Source of the DNA: Candidatus Kapaibacterium sp.
GTDB taxonomy: Bacteria; Bacteroidota; Ignavibacteria; Kapaibacteriales; UBA2268
Assembly: GCA_963665665.1 (NCBI GenBank)
Contig: OY762428.1
Coordinates: 5,248,001 to 5,312,000 of the forward strand
DNA length: 64,000 nucleotides
Reading direction: 5' to 3'
Shown here one piece after another: positions 52,829 through 63,034 of this stretch. The position numbers and the translations under genes are program-made. The notes below the pieces were generated by a model. It saw only the letters and a list, made by a program, of their open reading frames with translations. It was not told the DNA's origin and searched no databases. Position 1 is the stretch's first letter. Every line of letters begins with the position of its first letter.

Positions 52829-54064
52829 ATGGACATATTTGGAATAATCTCGGTATTACTTACATTAACTGCACTATTCAGCTATATTAATTATAAATTC
52901 TTAAAACTACCTGCAACAATAGGTGTTATGTTAATTTCACTTGTTATATCACTTAGCCTGATACTGATTTCAGGTAGTTCGGGTGATTTTGCACAAAAGG
53001 CAACCTTATGGCTGAACAAAATCGATTTTGATTACGCTGTAATGCAGGGCATGCTTAGTTTTTTACTTTTTGCCGGTGCGTTGCATGTAAATATCAATGA
53101 TCTGGCTAAAGAAAAACTAACGATAACATTACTTGCTACTCTCGGAGTTGTCCTTTCTACATTTATATTCGGAAGCCTGTTTTACCTGATAAACCTTGCA
53201 TTCGGATTTGGAGTTGACTTTATATACTGCCTGCTTTTCGGTTCGATCATATCGCCGACGGATCCCATAGCTGTACTCGGCATACTGAAAACAACCGGGG
53301 CGCCAAAAGACCTTGAAACAGTTATAGCCGGAGAATCCTTATTTAACGATGGTATAGGTGTTGTGGTGTTCCTGGTAATTTCAGGAATAGCTTTTGGCGG
53401 TGGCGATGTAAGTTTTACATCCGCAGCATGGCTTTTTACAGAAGAAGCAGTCGGGGGTGCATTGCTTGGAATAATACTTGGATGGACATCCTACTACTTG
53501 CTGAAATCAATTGATAATTACCAGGTTGAAGCTTTGATAACGCTGGCTCTTGTAATGGGAGGCTATAAACTGGCTTCTTCATTTCACATGTCAGGCCCCA
53601 TTGCAATTGTTGTTGCCGGATTATTTATCGGAAATAAAGGAAGAAACTTCGCAATGTCCGATAATACCCGAAACAGGCTGGATGATTTCTGGGAATTGAT
53701 CGATGAAATACTCAATTCAATACTATTTGTACTGATTGGGCTTGAACTATTAGTACTTACTCTGAATTTTCAATGGTTTGCCGCCGGATTAATTGTAATT
53801 CCACTTGTTCTTTTATCACGTTTTGTAAGTGTTTCACTACCACTTCTTGTGCTAAAATTCAAAGGTGAAAAGAAGAAAGGCTTGATTCCTGTTTTAACCT
53901 GGGGAGGTTTGCGCGGTGGAATTTCAGTTGCTCTTGCCCTTTCGCTTCCTCCGTCAGCCGAAAGGGATATAATATTGGTATTTACATATATTGTGGTAAT
54001 ATTTTCAATTTCCGTGCAAGGCTTATCAATTAAAAAACTGGTTAATAAAGTCATAAACAATTGA
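52829..54064 (+). CDS. CPA1 Na+/H+ antiporter (NhaP-like)
   Basis: ISPTDPIAV, GESLFNDG, WGGLRGGISVALAL. Confidence 0.93.
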   Translation: MDIFGIISVLLTLTALFSYINYKFLKLPATIGVMLISLVISLSLILISGSSGDFAQKATLWLNKIDFDYAVMQGMLSFLLFAGALHVNINDLAKEKLTITLLATLGVVLSTFIFGSLFYLINLAFGFGVDFIYCLLFGSIISPTDPIAVLGILKTTGAPKDLETVIAGESLFNDGIGVVVFLVISGIAFGGGDVSFTSAAWLFTEEAVGGALLGIILGWTSYYLLKSIDNYQVEALITLALVMGGYKLASSFHMSGPIAIVVAGLFIGNKGRNFAMSDNTRNRLDDFWELIDEILNSILFVLIGLELLVLTLNFQWFAAGLIVIPLVLLSRFVSVSLPLLVLKFKGEKKKGLIPVLTWGGLRGGISVALALSLPPSAERDIILVFTYIVVIFSISVQGLSIKKLVNKVINN

Positions 54065-54180
54065 AATTAAAGCTTATATAGTTTAGCAACATTCCAATAC
54101 GAAAAATAATTATATTAAAAATCAGTAATTTTTAATGCGTAAAATTCTGAAAATGTTGCTAAATTGCAATTAATAGTAAT

Positions 54181-54762
54181 GTGACTTTTTGGTCGGAAGT
54201 ATTGAACTATTTTTTTGTTCTTATGATTGCAATTACTCTCGGAATAGATGCCTTTGCTGTTTCATTTGCCGGTGGTGCATACTACGGCAAAGCTGATAAA
54301 AGGCAAAAATTCCGCCTATCATTCCATTTTGGACTTTTCCAGTTTTTGATGCCAATTATCGGATGGCTTGCAGGTGCAAGTATTGTTGATATTGTTGCAG
54401 ATTATGACCATTGGATAGCTTTTGGCTTATTAGCTCTGATCGGCGGGAATATGATCCGGGATTCTTTTTCGGATGATGAGAAGATCAGGAAAGATATATC
54501 CAAAGGTTTTTCTCTTATCAGTTTATCGGTAGCAACAAGCATTGACGCACTTGCGGTTGGGTTCAGCCTGGGAATTGTGGGTGATAAAATTATTATTCCG
54601 GCAATTATTATCGGGATTGTAGCTGCCATTATGAGCCTTGCGGGAATCAAATTGGGTGAAATATCGAACAGGAAATTTGGCGGAAGAATTTCTATGGCCG
54701 GGGGTATTATCCTTATTTTAATAGGTATATCGATACTTGCGGAACATTTAGAGCTTTATTAA
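54181..54762 (+). CDS. mntP: Manganese efflux pump MntP
   Basis: DAFAVS, FQFLMP, DHWIAF, ATSIDALAVG. The start could instead be ATG 54223. Confidence 0.9.
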   Translation: MTFWSEVLNYFFVLMIAITLGIDAFAVSFAGGAYYGKADKRQKFRLSFHFGLFQFLMPIIGWLAGASIVDIVADYDHWIAFGLLALIGGNMIRDSFSDDEKIRKDISKGFSLISLSVATSIDALAVGFSLGIVGDKIIIPAIIIGIVAAIMSLAGIKLGEISNRKFGGRISMAGGIILILIGISILAEHLELY

Positions 54763-54781
54763 CAGAAAAAAGGATTATTTC

Positions 54782-55759
54782 ATGATGATAAAAACAGCTA
54801 TTGTACAGATCCCACCGGTTTTCATGAATCTGGAAGAATCAACATCACTGGCTGATAAATTAATCAGGGAAGCTGCTTCTAATGGTGCCCGTGTTATAGC
54901 TTTTCCGGAAACCTGGCTGACAGGCTACCCGGTATGGATTGATAATGCCCCGAAGGCAGCTGTATGGGATTTTCCTCCTGCTAAAGAATTGTTTGTTCTT
55001 ATGCATGAAAATTCTGTTGATATCGAAGGCCCGGAAATCAAACAATTGCACAATACAGCAGTTGAAAACAATGTAATTGTAGTGCTGGGAGCTAACGAAA
55101 AACTCGGTGGTACTATTTATAATTCTCAAATTTATTTAACTCCGGATCCGGAACAAATAATTGTTCACAGAAAGCTGGTTCCTACTTATACAGAAAGAAT
55201 GGTATACGGCAGGGGCGACGGAAGCGGATTATTTCCACTTGAATCTGAATTTGGCGTTATTGGGGGGCTAATATGCTGGGAACACTGGATGCCAGCTGCC
55301 AGAATGGCCATGCATTCAACTAATGAGTTAATACATATTGCTCAATGGCCATCTGTAAATGACCTGCATTTTATGGCAAGCCGGCATTATGCCTTCGAAG
55401 GCGGAACTTACGTACTGGCCTGTGGAACGGTTCTGTCAAAAGGAGACGTGATAGAAGGGATTAAAAGCCAAAAAAAAATATCGGATTCTGTTATTGAATT
55501 ACTTGAATCAATAGAAGGTAATAACTCAAAGCTTTTGCAAACAGGTGGCAGTTGTGTTATTTCCCCTGATACATCTTTGATCACAGATCGGGTATTCAAC
55601 GAGAAAACAATTATTTATTCTGATTTTGAAACCAGGGATTGTACAAAATCAAAACTCACCCTTGATGTGAACGGCCACTATTCCCGCCCGGATATTTTTG
55701 AGCTGGAAATTGACAGAAGGCCATTATTGAATATTTCTCAACAAACGATAGTTGAATAA
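54782..55759 (+). CDS. Nitrilase-like carbon-nitrogen hydrolase
   Basis: FPE, HRKLVPTYTER, ICWEH catalytic triad, GHYSRPD. Confidence 0.92.
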   Translation: MMIKTAIVQIPPVFMNLEESTSLADKLIREAASNGARVIAFPETWLTGYPVWIDNAPKAAVWDFPPAKELFVLMHENSVDIEGPEIKQLHNTAVENNVIVVLGANEKLGGTIYNSQIYLTPDPEQIIVHRKLVPTYTERMVYGRGDGSGLFPLESEFGVIGGLICWEHWMPAARMAMHSTNELIHIAQWPSVNDLHFMASRHYAFEGGTYVLACGTVLSKGDVIEGIKSQKKISDSVIELLESIEGNNSKLLQTGGSCVISPDTSLITDRVFNEKTIIYSDFETRDCTKSKLTLDVNGHYSRPDIFELEIDRRPLLNISQQTIVE

Positions 55760-56154
55760 TGGATAACCTGAAATTATTACTTGTCATATTTGTTGGCGGA
55801 GGCCTTGGAGCAACTTTAAGATACACTGCCGGTAATTATATCCATGAATTATTGCAGAGGTTCAATTTCCCCTATGGTACTATTGCCGTTAATATTCTCG
55901 GATGTCTGCTTATTGGTTTTCTCGGAGGTTTTTTTGATTCCAGGGAATATCTTTCTACTGAAGTGCGTGCTTTTCTTATTATAGGTATGCTTGGTGGTTT
56001 TACTACTTTTTCAAGCTTCGGCTTCGAAACATTCAAATTATTACAGGAATCCCAGATTTTTAAAGCTTTTATAAATGTCTTTGCATCAATAACTTTTGGG
56101 ATACTGGCGGTATTCGCGGGATATATCCTGTCTATATATGCAAATAAGGTTTAA
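55759..56154 (+). CDS. crcB: Fluoride efflux channel CrcB/FluC
   Basis: GGGLGATLRY, GTIAVN, GGFTTFSSF. Confidence 0.95.
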   Translation: MDNLKLLLVIFVGGGLGATLRYTAGNYIHELLQRFNFPYGTIAVNILGCLLIGFLGGFFDSREYLSTEVRAFLIIGMLGGFTTFSSFGFETFKLLQESQIFKAFINVFASITFGILAVFAGYILSIYANKV

Positions 56155-56188
56155 TTTTAATAATAATTTAAAAACAGGGGGATATTTA

Positions 56189-56641
56189 ATGAAAACGAGG
56201 ATTATTTTAATTTTGATTTTATTTTTCGGGATTTCAGTTTTTGCAAACAATAAAACAGCAAAATCAGGGCGCGGCACTTTAATAGTGGAAGTTGTATCAC
56301 TAAAAAGTAATAAGGGAATTATACGTTCACACCTATACGATAATTCATCTGATTTTCCAACATCCTGCCGCAATGCCGTAATGAAGAATACTTCGTCAGA
56401 GCTATCTAACCACAAAGCAATTATTGTTTATAAGGATGTGCCTTATGGTGAATACGCAATGACAACTCATCACGATGAGAACAATAACGGTAAAATGGAT
56501 AAAACCTGGATTGGAATGCCCGACGAGGGATGGGGTGTTTCAAACGATGCAGAAGCTCTGATAGCTCTCCCGGATTATGATGATGCAAAATTTGTAATAA
56601 ATTCAGAGAAAAAGACAATTAAAATAACTATGCGTTATTGA
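56189..56641 (+). CDS. DUF2141-like exported protein
   Basis: Signal peptide; GEYA...HDENNNGKMD...GMPDEGWGVSND. Confidence 0.85.
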   Translation: MKTRIILILILFFGISVFANNKTAKSGRGTLIVEVVSLKSNKGIIRSHLYDNSSDFPTSCRNAVMKNTSSELSNHKAIIVYKDVPYGEYAMTTHHDENNNGKMDKTWIGMPDEGWGVSNDAEALIALPDYDDAKFVINSEKKTIKITMRY

Positions 56642-57507
56642 TTGAACAGGGCATCGATGTCATCCTGGCTGACTTCATCATCAGAATCCCCGCCACCGCC
56701 AAATAAAGCGTCAATATCATCGGCAGAGACTTCTTCATCATCTTCTGTCGGTATTTCTTCAATACCGGCCTGTGCAGCAAACAAAGCATCAATGTCATCA
56801 ACATCTATGTCATCGTCATCATCAGAACTGTCTTCCTTAAGATCATCATCAGTCAGTGAACCGTCGGCATGTTTCTGCATTAAAGCATCTACTTCATCCT
56901 GGCGGTTATCTTTCTTTGTCAAAGCATCAATAGCTTCCGGGTCGAAAGCAATTTCCCTGTGCAGGGTTGAAATATTGGTATCCGGATCATCATTAGTACC
57001 AGAGGACATTTCCGGGCTGTCGATGAATGCCATGAGCGCTTCAGTATTGAACTGGCCAACAATTGCATTAAGCTTCCTTTGCATTGTTGTCAGAAGATGG
57101 TTAACAGCCGCAATCTGCTGCGATGTAATATCCTGAACCTGAAGAGCCATCATAATAGCCATCGAATCGCCATTAATATCATTTATTATATTGTTTGCCT
57201 GCTCAATAACGCCATTATTCTCATCGCCCTGAATATTATTCAATAATTCAGATATTGAAGTTGATTTCTGAGTGATACCATCAACAGTATTAAGAATTTC
57301 ATTTGTTGCCATTTCAGTAGCTTCAGTAACTTTAGTAAGCTTTTTGGTAGCTTTCGGAACTTTTTTTACATTATCGTTAATTGTCAGGTTCACATTATCC
57401 ACAATAGGCTTCACTTCCTTGATGAAATTTATCATCTCATTCAGGAAGGGCATAATTTGCAATTCTTCGGCCTTTTTTTCCAATTCGTTAATGTCAATTT
57501 TACTCAT
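56635..57507 (-). CDS. cheZ: CheZ-like protein phosphatase
   Basis: VTEATEMATNEIL, ALQVQDITSQQI (DxxxQ active site), C-terminal SQDDIDALF peptide repeated. Confidence 0.8.
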   Translation of the reverse strand: MSKIDINELEKKAEELQIMPFLNEMINFIKEVKPIVDNVNLTINDNVKKVPKATKKLTKVTEATEMATNEILNTVDGITQKSTSISELLNNIQGDENNGVIEQANNIINDINGDSMAIMMALQVQDITSQQIAAVNHLLTTMQRKLNAIVGQFNTEALMAFIDSPEMSSGTNDDPDTNISTLHREIAFDPEAIDALTKKDNRQDEVDALMQKHADGSLTDDDLKEDSSDDDDDIDVDDIDALFAAQAGIEEIPTEDDEEVSADDIDALFGGGGDSDDEVSQDDIDALFNQ

Positions 57508-57674
57508 TTTTGTTCCGAAAAGGTTATGAAATCACAATTATTTTAAGATAACACTTTTTTTAAATTAAAAAAACGAAATTGTTACAAAATTAACGTTATA
57601 TAATATTCACAATTACTGTTTGCCACATTTTCATTATATTCGGATTGATGTAAAATTACTTATAGGGAATAACC

Positions 57675-58379
57675 ATGAAAAGATTATTATTAGTGAGCAA
57701 TTCAACGCTACATGGCAGCGGATATCTTGACCATTGTGCAGAAGAAATCAAGTCATTTCTTGGCAATACAATAAAAAAAGTACTATTTGTTCCTTTTGCC
57801 AGGCCTGGTGGCATCAGCCATGACGTATACACATCCAAGGCCTCGGAAAGATATGCTGAATTGGGATATGAGCTTATAGGATTACATACCTTTGATGATC
57901 CGAAGAAAGCAGTAGAAGAAGCTGAAGCTATGTTTATTGGCGGAGGTAACACTTTTGTTTTGCTTGGAGGGCTTCAGGAAGCGGGAATTATTGAGCTTAT
58001 CAGGGAAAAAATCGAGAACGGAATGCCGTATATCGGAACAAGTGCAGGTTCTAACGTTGCCTGCCCGACTATAATGACTACTAACGATATGCCCGTTAAA
58101 CAATTGAATAATTTTAATGCAATTAATGTATTTCCCTATCAGATAAATGCACACTACCTGGATCCGGACCCGAACTCAACCCATAAAGGTGAAACAAGAG
58201 AAACAAGGCTTAAAGAATACATGGTATTCAACGAAACGCCAATAATAGGACTGCGCGAGGGATGTATGGTTCACGTGGAAGGAGAAAAAATGCTGTTGAA
58301 AGGCAGCACAGGTGCCAGGATATTCAAACGTGGGCATGACCCCATGGAAATCAGCCCGGTTTGCGAGATAAAGATCTAA
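57675..58379 (+). CDS. pepE: Dipeptidase E (S51)
   Basis: LLLVSNS, FVPFA, IGGGNTF, GTSAG, TTNDMP, INAHY, GETRETR. Confidence 0.95.
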   Translation: MKRLLLVSNSTLHGSGYLDHCAEEIKSFLGNTIKKVLFVPFARPGGISHDVYTSKASERYAELGYELIGLHTFDDPKKAVEEAEAMFIGGGNTFVLLGGLQEAGIIELIREKIENGMPYIGTSAGSNVACPTIMTTNDMPVKQLNNFNAINVFPYQINAHYLDPDPNSTHKGETRETRLKEYMVFNETPIIGLREGCMVHVEGEKMLLKGSTGARIFKRGHDPMEISPVCEIKI

Positions 58380-58465
58380 TATTTATTAAAAAATAAAGAT
58401 TGAAATGGCGGAACAGGTTCGTGAGAAGCCGGACGAGTACTGTTAAATTCCATTCTGATTTCTCT

Positions 58466-60150
58466 CCTTCCCAGGTTGTACCTGGGAAGGATTATTCCCA
58501 CAAAGTTTTACTTTGAAATAGAGAAGCATAACTTCAAATGAAAATTGCATTACGAAGTACAAGTTCGTAATGAGGGGGCATCGTAGGGGCAACCCTTGTG
58601 GTTGCCCGAAAAAGAATCCATCTTTGTTCGCCAGATAATGTGTGAAGAATGGATTCTTCGCTGGCGCTCAGAATGACCTTCCAGCCTTATAATCGTCAAA
58701 TTCAATAGCCACGTGCTTTAGCGCGTGGATAATGACGCCCTGGTCGGAAGCAAAGAAAGAAAACCTCCCCTGTATTCCCCTCCTCCCCGAGGAGGGGATA
58801 AGAAATTAAATATCATAGAATTAACTCCCCCTTCTTCCGAAGGATGTGGCCGGGGGGAGGTAGGAAGGGTCGAAAGCAAAGCACCGATGTTTGATTCTAT
58901 TGTTTCCTTGTTCGGAGTTATTGATGCCTTGTTCGGAGTCATTGCCGCCTTGTTTGAAGATAATGAACTCTTGTTTGAAGCTATTGCAGCAATGTTTGGC
59001 TTCATTGCTGCCTTGTTCCAAATCGATGCACCGATGTTTGATGATAATGAACTCTTGTTTGAAGCTATTGCAGCGATGTTTGATGATAATGAACTCTTGG
59101 TCGACACTATTGCAGCGATGTTTGATGATATTGCTGCCTTGTTTGAAGGCATTGAACTCTTGTTCGGAGGCAAAGAACATGTTCAATAATGTCAAACAAG
59201 CGTGGGATGAAGTCAAACAAGCGTGGGATGAAGTCAAACAAGCGTGGGATAAAGTCAAACAAGCGTGGGATGAGGCCAAACAAGCGTGGAATAAAGTCAA
59301 ACAAGCGTGGGATAAAGTCAAACAAGCGTGGGATAAAGTCAAACAAGCGTGGGATAAAGTCAAACAAGCGTGGAATAAAGTCAAACAAGCGTGGGATAAA
59401 GTCAAACAAGCGTGGGATAAAGTCAAACAAGCGTGGAATGAGGCCAAATTTCACTACATTAAGGCCAAACAGTAGTTCAATACCACCGGCCAAGGCAGTT
59501 TAAAGCTCTGCCAACAAAGCATTTAGCCCAAACATCAGGATTCTGGTTCAAAACAGCATTGAAGTTAGGAAATTATCCGATTCATTGAAACCACAGGATA
59601 GGGAATTAAGGCCGACGTCCTGTTCATTGGGGTGGAAGAACGGGTAAACAGAGCAAAAGCATGAGGCGATTATGTTGTCATTCTGACGGAGCGAAGCGAC
59701 AGAAGAATCCATCTTCTTTAGTAGCTGATGCATAAAGAATGGATCCTTCGCTTCGCTCAGGATGACACCCGCCAACTATAATAACTTCAATCGGAAAAAG
59801 AATCCACCCCGTCTCGCTGTGCTCGCCACCCCTCAACGAGGGGAATTTTCCGGAAATCCACCCCCGGCCTTTCCCGACACGTCGGCGCCAGCGGTGGACA
59901 TTCCCATCCGTCATTCTGACGGAGCGAAGCGACGGAAGAATCCATCTTCGTTTGCAGATAGTGTGTGAAGAATCCACCCCGTCTCGCTGCGCTCGCCACC
60001 CCTCAACGAGGGGAATTTTTCAGGAAGTCCCCCCCTGTATTCCCCTCCTCCCCGAGGAGGGGATAAGAAATTAAATATCATAAGATTAACTCCCCCTCCT
60101 TCCGAAGGCGGGGGCTCACTTCAAAGGCTTCCCCTTTGGGAGGGGTCGGA
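58466..60150. repeat. Composite non-coding repeat locus B: inverted, reshuffled homolog of locus A
   Basis: Reverse complements of locus A modules; GTAGGGGCAACCCTTGTGGTTGCCC (58583); direct repeat 58767-58843 ~ 60032-60108; GTCATTCTGACGGAGCGAAGCGAC units (59677, 59910). Confidence 0.9.
58860..59661. repeat. Foldback B: 21-bp-unit arms (about 15 and 23 units) around GAACATGTTC (59175-59184)
   Basis: Right arm has 12 near-identical GTCAAACAAGCGTGGGATAAA units; left arm has (T/A)TGTTTGA... units in complementary register. Confidence 0.9.
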
Positions 60151-60613
60151 AACAGAATTAGAATAATCAATATCTGTGACTTCAAAAATTACGTAGGTTC
60201 CAGATGTCTGAATTTATTCCTATGAAAAAAATATGATAACTATTCTGGCTGTAATGAATCTGAAAAAAAGAACCGAAATATTGGATGACAAGGGATTAGT
60301 TAGTAATATTAAAATATTTACGAACCAATATTAATACAAGTACCATTATTTAAAAGCCACACACATCATTCCGGGTGGTATATGTTTCCAATTACAATTT
60401 AAAAAATTAACAAACAATTGGGTCGGCTGTTCTTCTCCTCTTCATTATCAATTTTTTTATTGCGGCGAAACCGCCGACGGTTTTTATTCCTTTGGATTTA
60501 TGGAGGAATGTAGTTTATTATTCTTCCGAACAACTATTCAAATTTATTTGACAGCCCATCCATAATTACTAATGTCGTATTATAGCCCTTGCTTTGCAAT
60601 AAGTACAACCCAC

Positions 60614-60652
60614 AAAAAAACCTTCCTGAGGTTAATAAACCTGAGGAAGGTT
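60614..60652 (-). terminator. Intrinsic terminator after dcp
   Basis: AACCTTCCTGAGGTT...AACCTGAGGAAGGTT with an A tract on the plus strand. Confidence 0.75.
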
Positions 60653-60680
60653 GTGGAATATCAATTTATCATCAATATTA

Positions 60681-62804
60681 TTAATCAAGCCCTCTGCGGT
60701 GGAGAAGAGGTTTGATGTCAGGTTCTGATCCGCGGAACTGAACATATAGTTTCATCGGGTCGTCGGAACCGCCTTTTGCAAGAACGTTTTCCCTGTAAAG
60801 CTGAGCCGTCTTCTGGTCAAACAGATCAGTTTCCTTGAAGGCCTGGAATGCGTCGGCATCAAGTACTGCTGACCATATATAGCTATAATAGCCGGCTGAG
60901 TATCCGCCTGCAAAAATGTGACGGAAGTAGGGGCTGCGGTAACGAACGATAATTTCAGGAATAAGGCCCATTTTGTCGAGTGAAGCTTTTTCAAATTCCA
61001 TTGTTTTAACTTTTTCAGCTTTCGTCATAGTGTGCCAGTCCATATCAAGAAGAGCGGCAGACATATATTCTGTTGTTACAAATCCCTGGTTAAATTTTGA
61101 GGATTTGGAAATTTTTTCGATCAGTTCATCCGGGATAACTTCGCCTGTTTCGTAATGTTTGGCATAAAGTTTCAGCATTTCAGGCTCTCCAGCCCAGTTT
61201 TCCATTATCTGCGAAGGAAGTTCAACAAAGTCACGGGGAACATCTGTACCTGATATACCATAATAGTTGCATTCTGAAAGAAGGCCGTGCAGGGCATGTC
61301 CAAACTCATGGAAGAGTGTTGTTACTTCCTCAAAACTGAGAAGAGAAGGTTTGTCGCCTGTTGGCTTGGAGAAGTTACATACATTGCAGATAATAGGTGT
61401 TACTTCTTTTCCATCAAGAACCTGCTGTTTGCGGTATGCATTCATCCATGCTCCGCCGCGTTTGCTTGCTCTCGGAAAATAATCAGTATAAAGGATACCG
61501 ATATGAGAGCCGTCTTTGTCTTTCACTTCAAAAACAGTTACGTCTTCGTGATATTTGGCAATGTCATTTCTTTCTTCGAATGTAATGCCCCAAAGTTTAT
61601 TTGCAAGCATAAATGCACCGTCGCGAACGTTTTCAAGTTTGAAGTAAGGCCTGAGCTGTTCTTCATCAAGGTCGTATTTTGCTTTTCGAACTTTTTCAGT
61701 GTAATACCACCAGTCCCATGGCTGTAGTTTGAAATCGCCGCCTTCTTTGTCAATCATTGCCTGAAGGTCTTTTGCTTCTGTTTTTGCTCTTGCAACAGCA
61801 GGTGTCCATATCTGGCCAAGAAGCTCATAAACTTTATCGGGAGTTTTTGCCATATTGTCTTCCAGAATATATTCAGCCCAGTTATTATATCCAAGCAGAT
61901 TAGCTTTTTCAACTCTTAGTTGAGCAATTCTTGATGCATTATTTTTATTGTCAAGTTCGTCGTTGTTATTACCCATGTTGGCATAAGCCATAAGGATTTT
62001 TTCCCTTAGTTCACGTTTGTCCGAATACTGGATAAAAGGAATAAAGCTTGGTTTCTGGATTGTAAATACCCATTTGTGATCATAACCTTTGGCTTTGGCT
62101 TCTGCCGCAGCGGCGTCAATAACTGATTGGGGAAGTCCTGCCAGGTCTTCTTTATTGTCAAGAACCATTTCGAACTTGTTTGTTTCTTTCAGAACATTCT
62201 CGCCAAAGTTCAGAGTCAGCATGGCAAGTTCTTCGTTGATTTTTTTCATTTTCTCTTTGTCTTCGGCATTCAGGTTAGCGCCGCCCTTAACAAAGTTCTT
62301 ATAATATTTATCAAGAAGCCTGTCCTGTTCTGTTGTAAGGTTTAGTTCGGCTTTTTTATCATTTATCGCTTTAATTCTGCCGAAAAGTTTTTCATTCATG
62401 TAAATATCGTCATTCAGGCCTGAAATCAGCGGAGTAACTTCTTTTGAAATCTCCATAAGTTCGTCACTTGTTTTAGCTGATGTCATGTTGAAAAATACTC
62501 CGGATACTTTACGAAGAAGCGGACCTGAATTATCAAGGGCAACAACTGTGTTCTCGAATGTAGGTTCTTCGGTGTTTTCAGCAATTGCTTTTATTTCGGC
62601 TTTCTTCTCTTCGATTCCTTTTTTCAGTGCCGGAAGGTAGTGCTCGTTTTTAATTTTTTCGAAAGGAGCTGTTCCAAATGGTGTGTCCCACTCAACGAAG
62701 AAAGGATTTTCATCTGTTGTAACGGGTTCCTGAGTCTCATTTTTTGTGCAAGCGGACATGAATACCCCCACAAATGCCATAAGTAATAGTAATTTTTTCA
62801 TCAT
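60681..62804 (-). CDS. dcp: M3 peptidyl-dipeptidase Dcp-like metallopeptidase, lipoprotein
   Basis: Lipobox MSAC; KRGGAWM, LFHEFGHALH, DFVELPSQ, GYSAGYYSY. Confidence 0.92.
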   Translation of the reverse strand: MMKKLLLLMAFVGVFMSACTKNETQEPVTTDENPFFVEWDTPFGTAPFEKIKNEHYLPALKKGIEEKKAEIKAIAENTEEPTFENTVVALDNSGPLLRKVSGVFFNMTSAKTSDELMEISKEVTPLISGLNDDIYMNEKLFGRIKAINDKKAELNLTTEQDRLLDKYYKNFVKGGANLNAEDKEKMKKINEELAMLTLNFGENVLKETNKFEMVLDNKEDLAGLPQSVIDAAAAEAKAKGYDHKWVFTIQKPSFIPFIQYSDKRELREKILMAYANMGNNNDELDNKNNASRIAQLRVEKANLLGYNNWAEYILEDNMAKTPDKVYELLGQIWTPAVARAKTEAKDLQAMIDKEGGDFKLQPWDWWYYTEKVRKAKYDLDEEQLRPYFKLENVRDGAFMLANKLWGITFEERNDIAKYHEDVTVFEVKDKDGSHIGILYTDYFPRASKRGGAWMNAYRKQQVLDGKEVTPIICNVCNFSKPTGDKPSLLSFEEVTTLFHEFGHALHGLLSECNYYGISGTDVPRDFVELPSQIMENWAGEPEMLKLYAKHYETGEVIPDELIEKISKSSKFNQGFVTTEYMSAALLDMDWHTMTKAEKVKTMEFEKASLDKMGLIPEIIVRYRSPYFRHIFAGGYSAGYYSYIWSAVLDADAFQAFKETDLFDQKTAQLYRENVLAKGGSDDPMKLYVQFRGSEPDIKPLLHRRGLD

Positions 62805-63034
62805 ATCTTTTAGTTAGTTAAACAAACATTTCTAAAATCAATGTTCAAAATAATCATAAAAGAGCATATCTAAAAATAGTATTGTCATTTTTTTTTCGGG
62901 CAATAAAACCATAATCATGTTCGTTATAGGGTGTAAACTATATGATTGACAAGTAATATAAATTTATACTTGCATTTGGGAATAATTTTTACTTTATTAA
63001 CTTACTTATAATTTGACATTTATCGGGATTTGAT

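Noticed and set aside
54065-55759. yybP-ykoY or fluoride riboswitch
   Set aside because: Consensus motifs not recognisable, and crcB has no leader because it overlaps the nitrilase stop
58718-59503. Heptad-repeat ORFs over foldback B
   Set aside because: Same reasoning; six overlapping ORFs on both strands are better explained by the DNA repeat
46500-60200. Autonomous transposon, DGR or retron explaining the repeat loci
   Set aside because: No transposase, integrase or reverse transcriptase in the window; the genes between the two inverted loci are ordinary chromosomal genes
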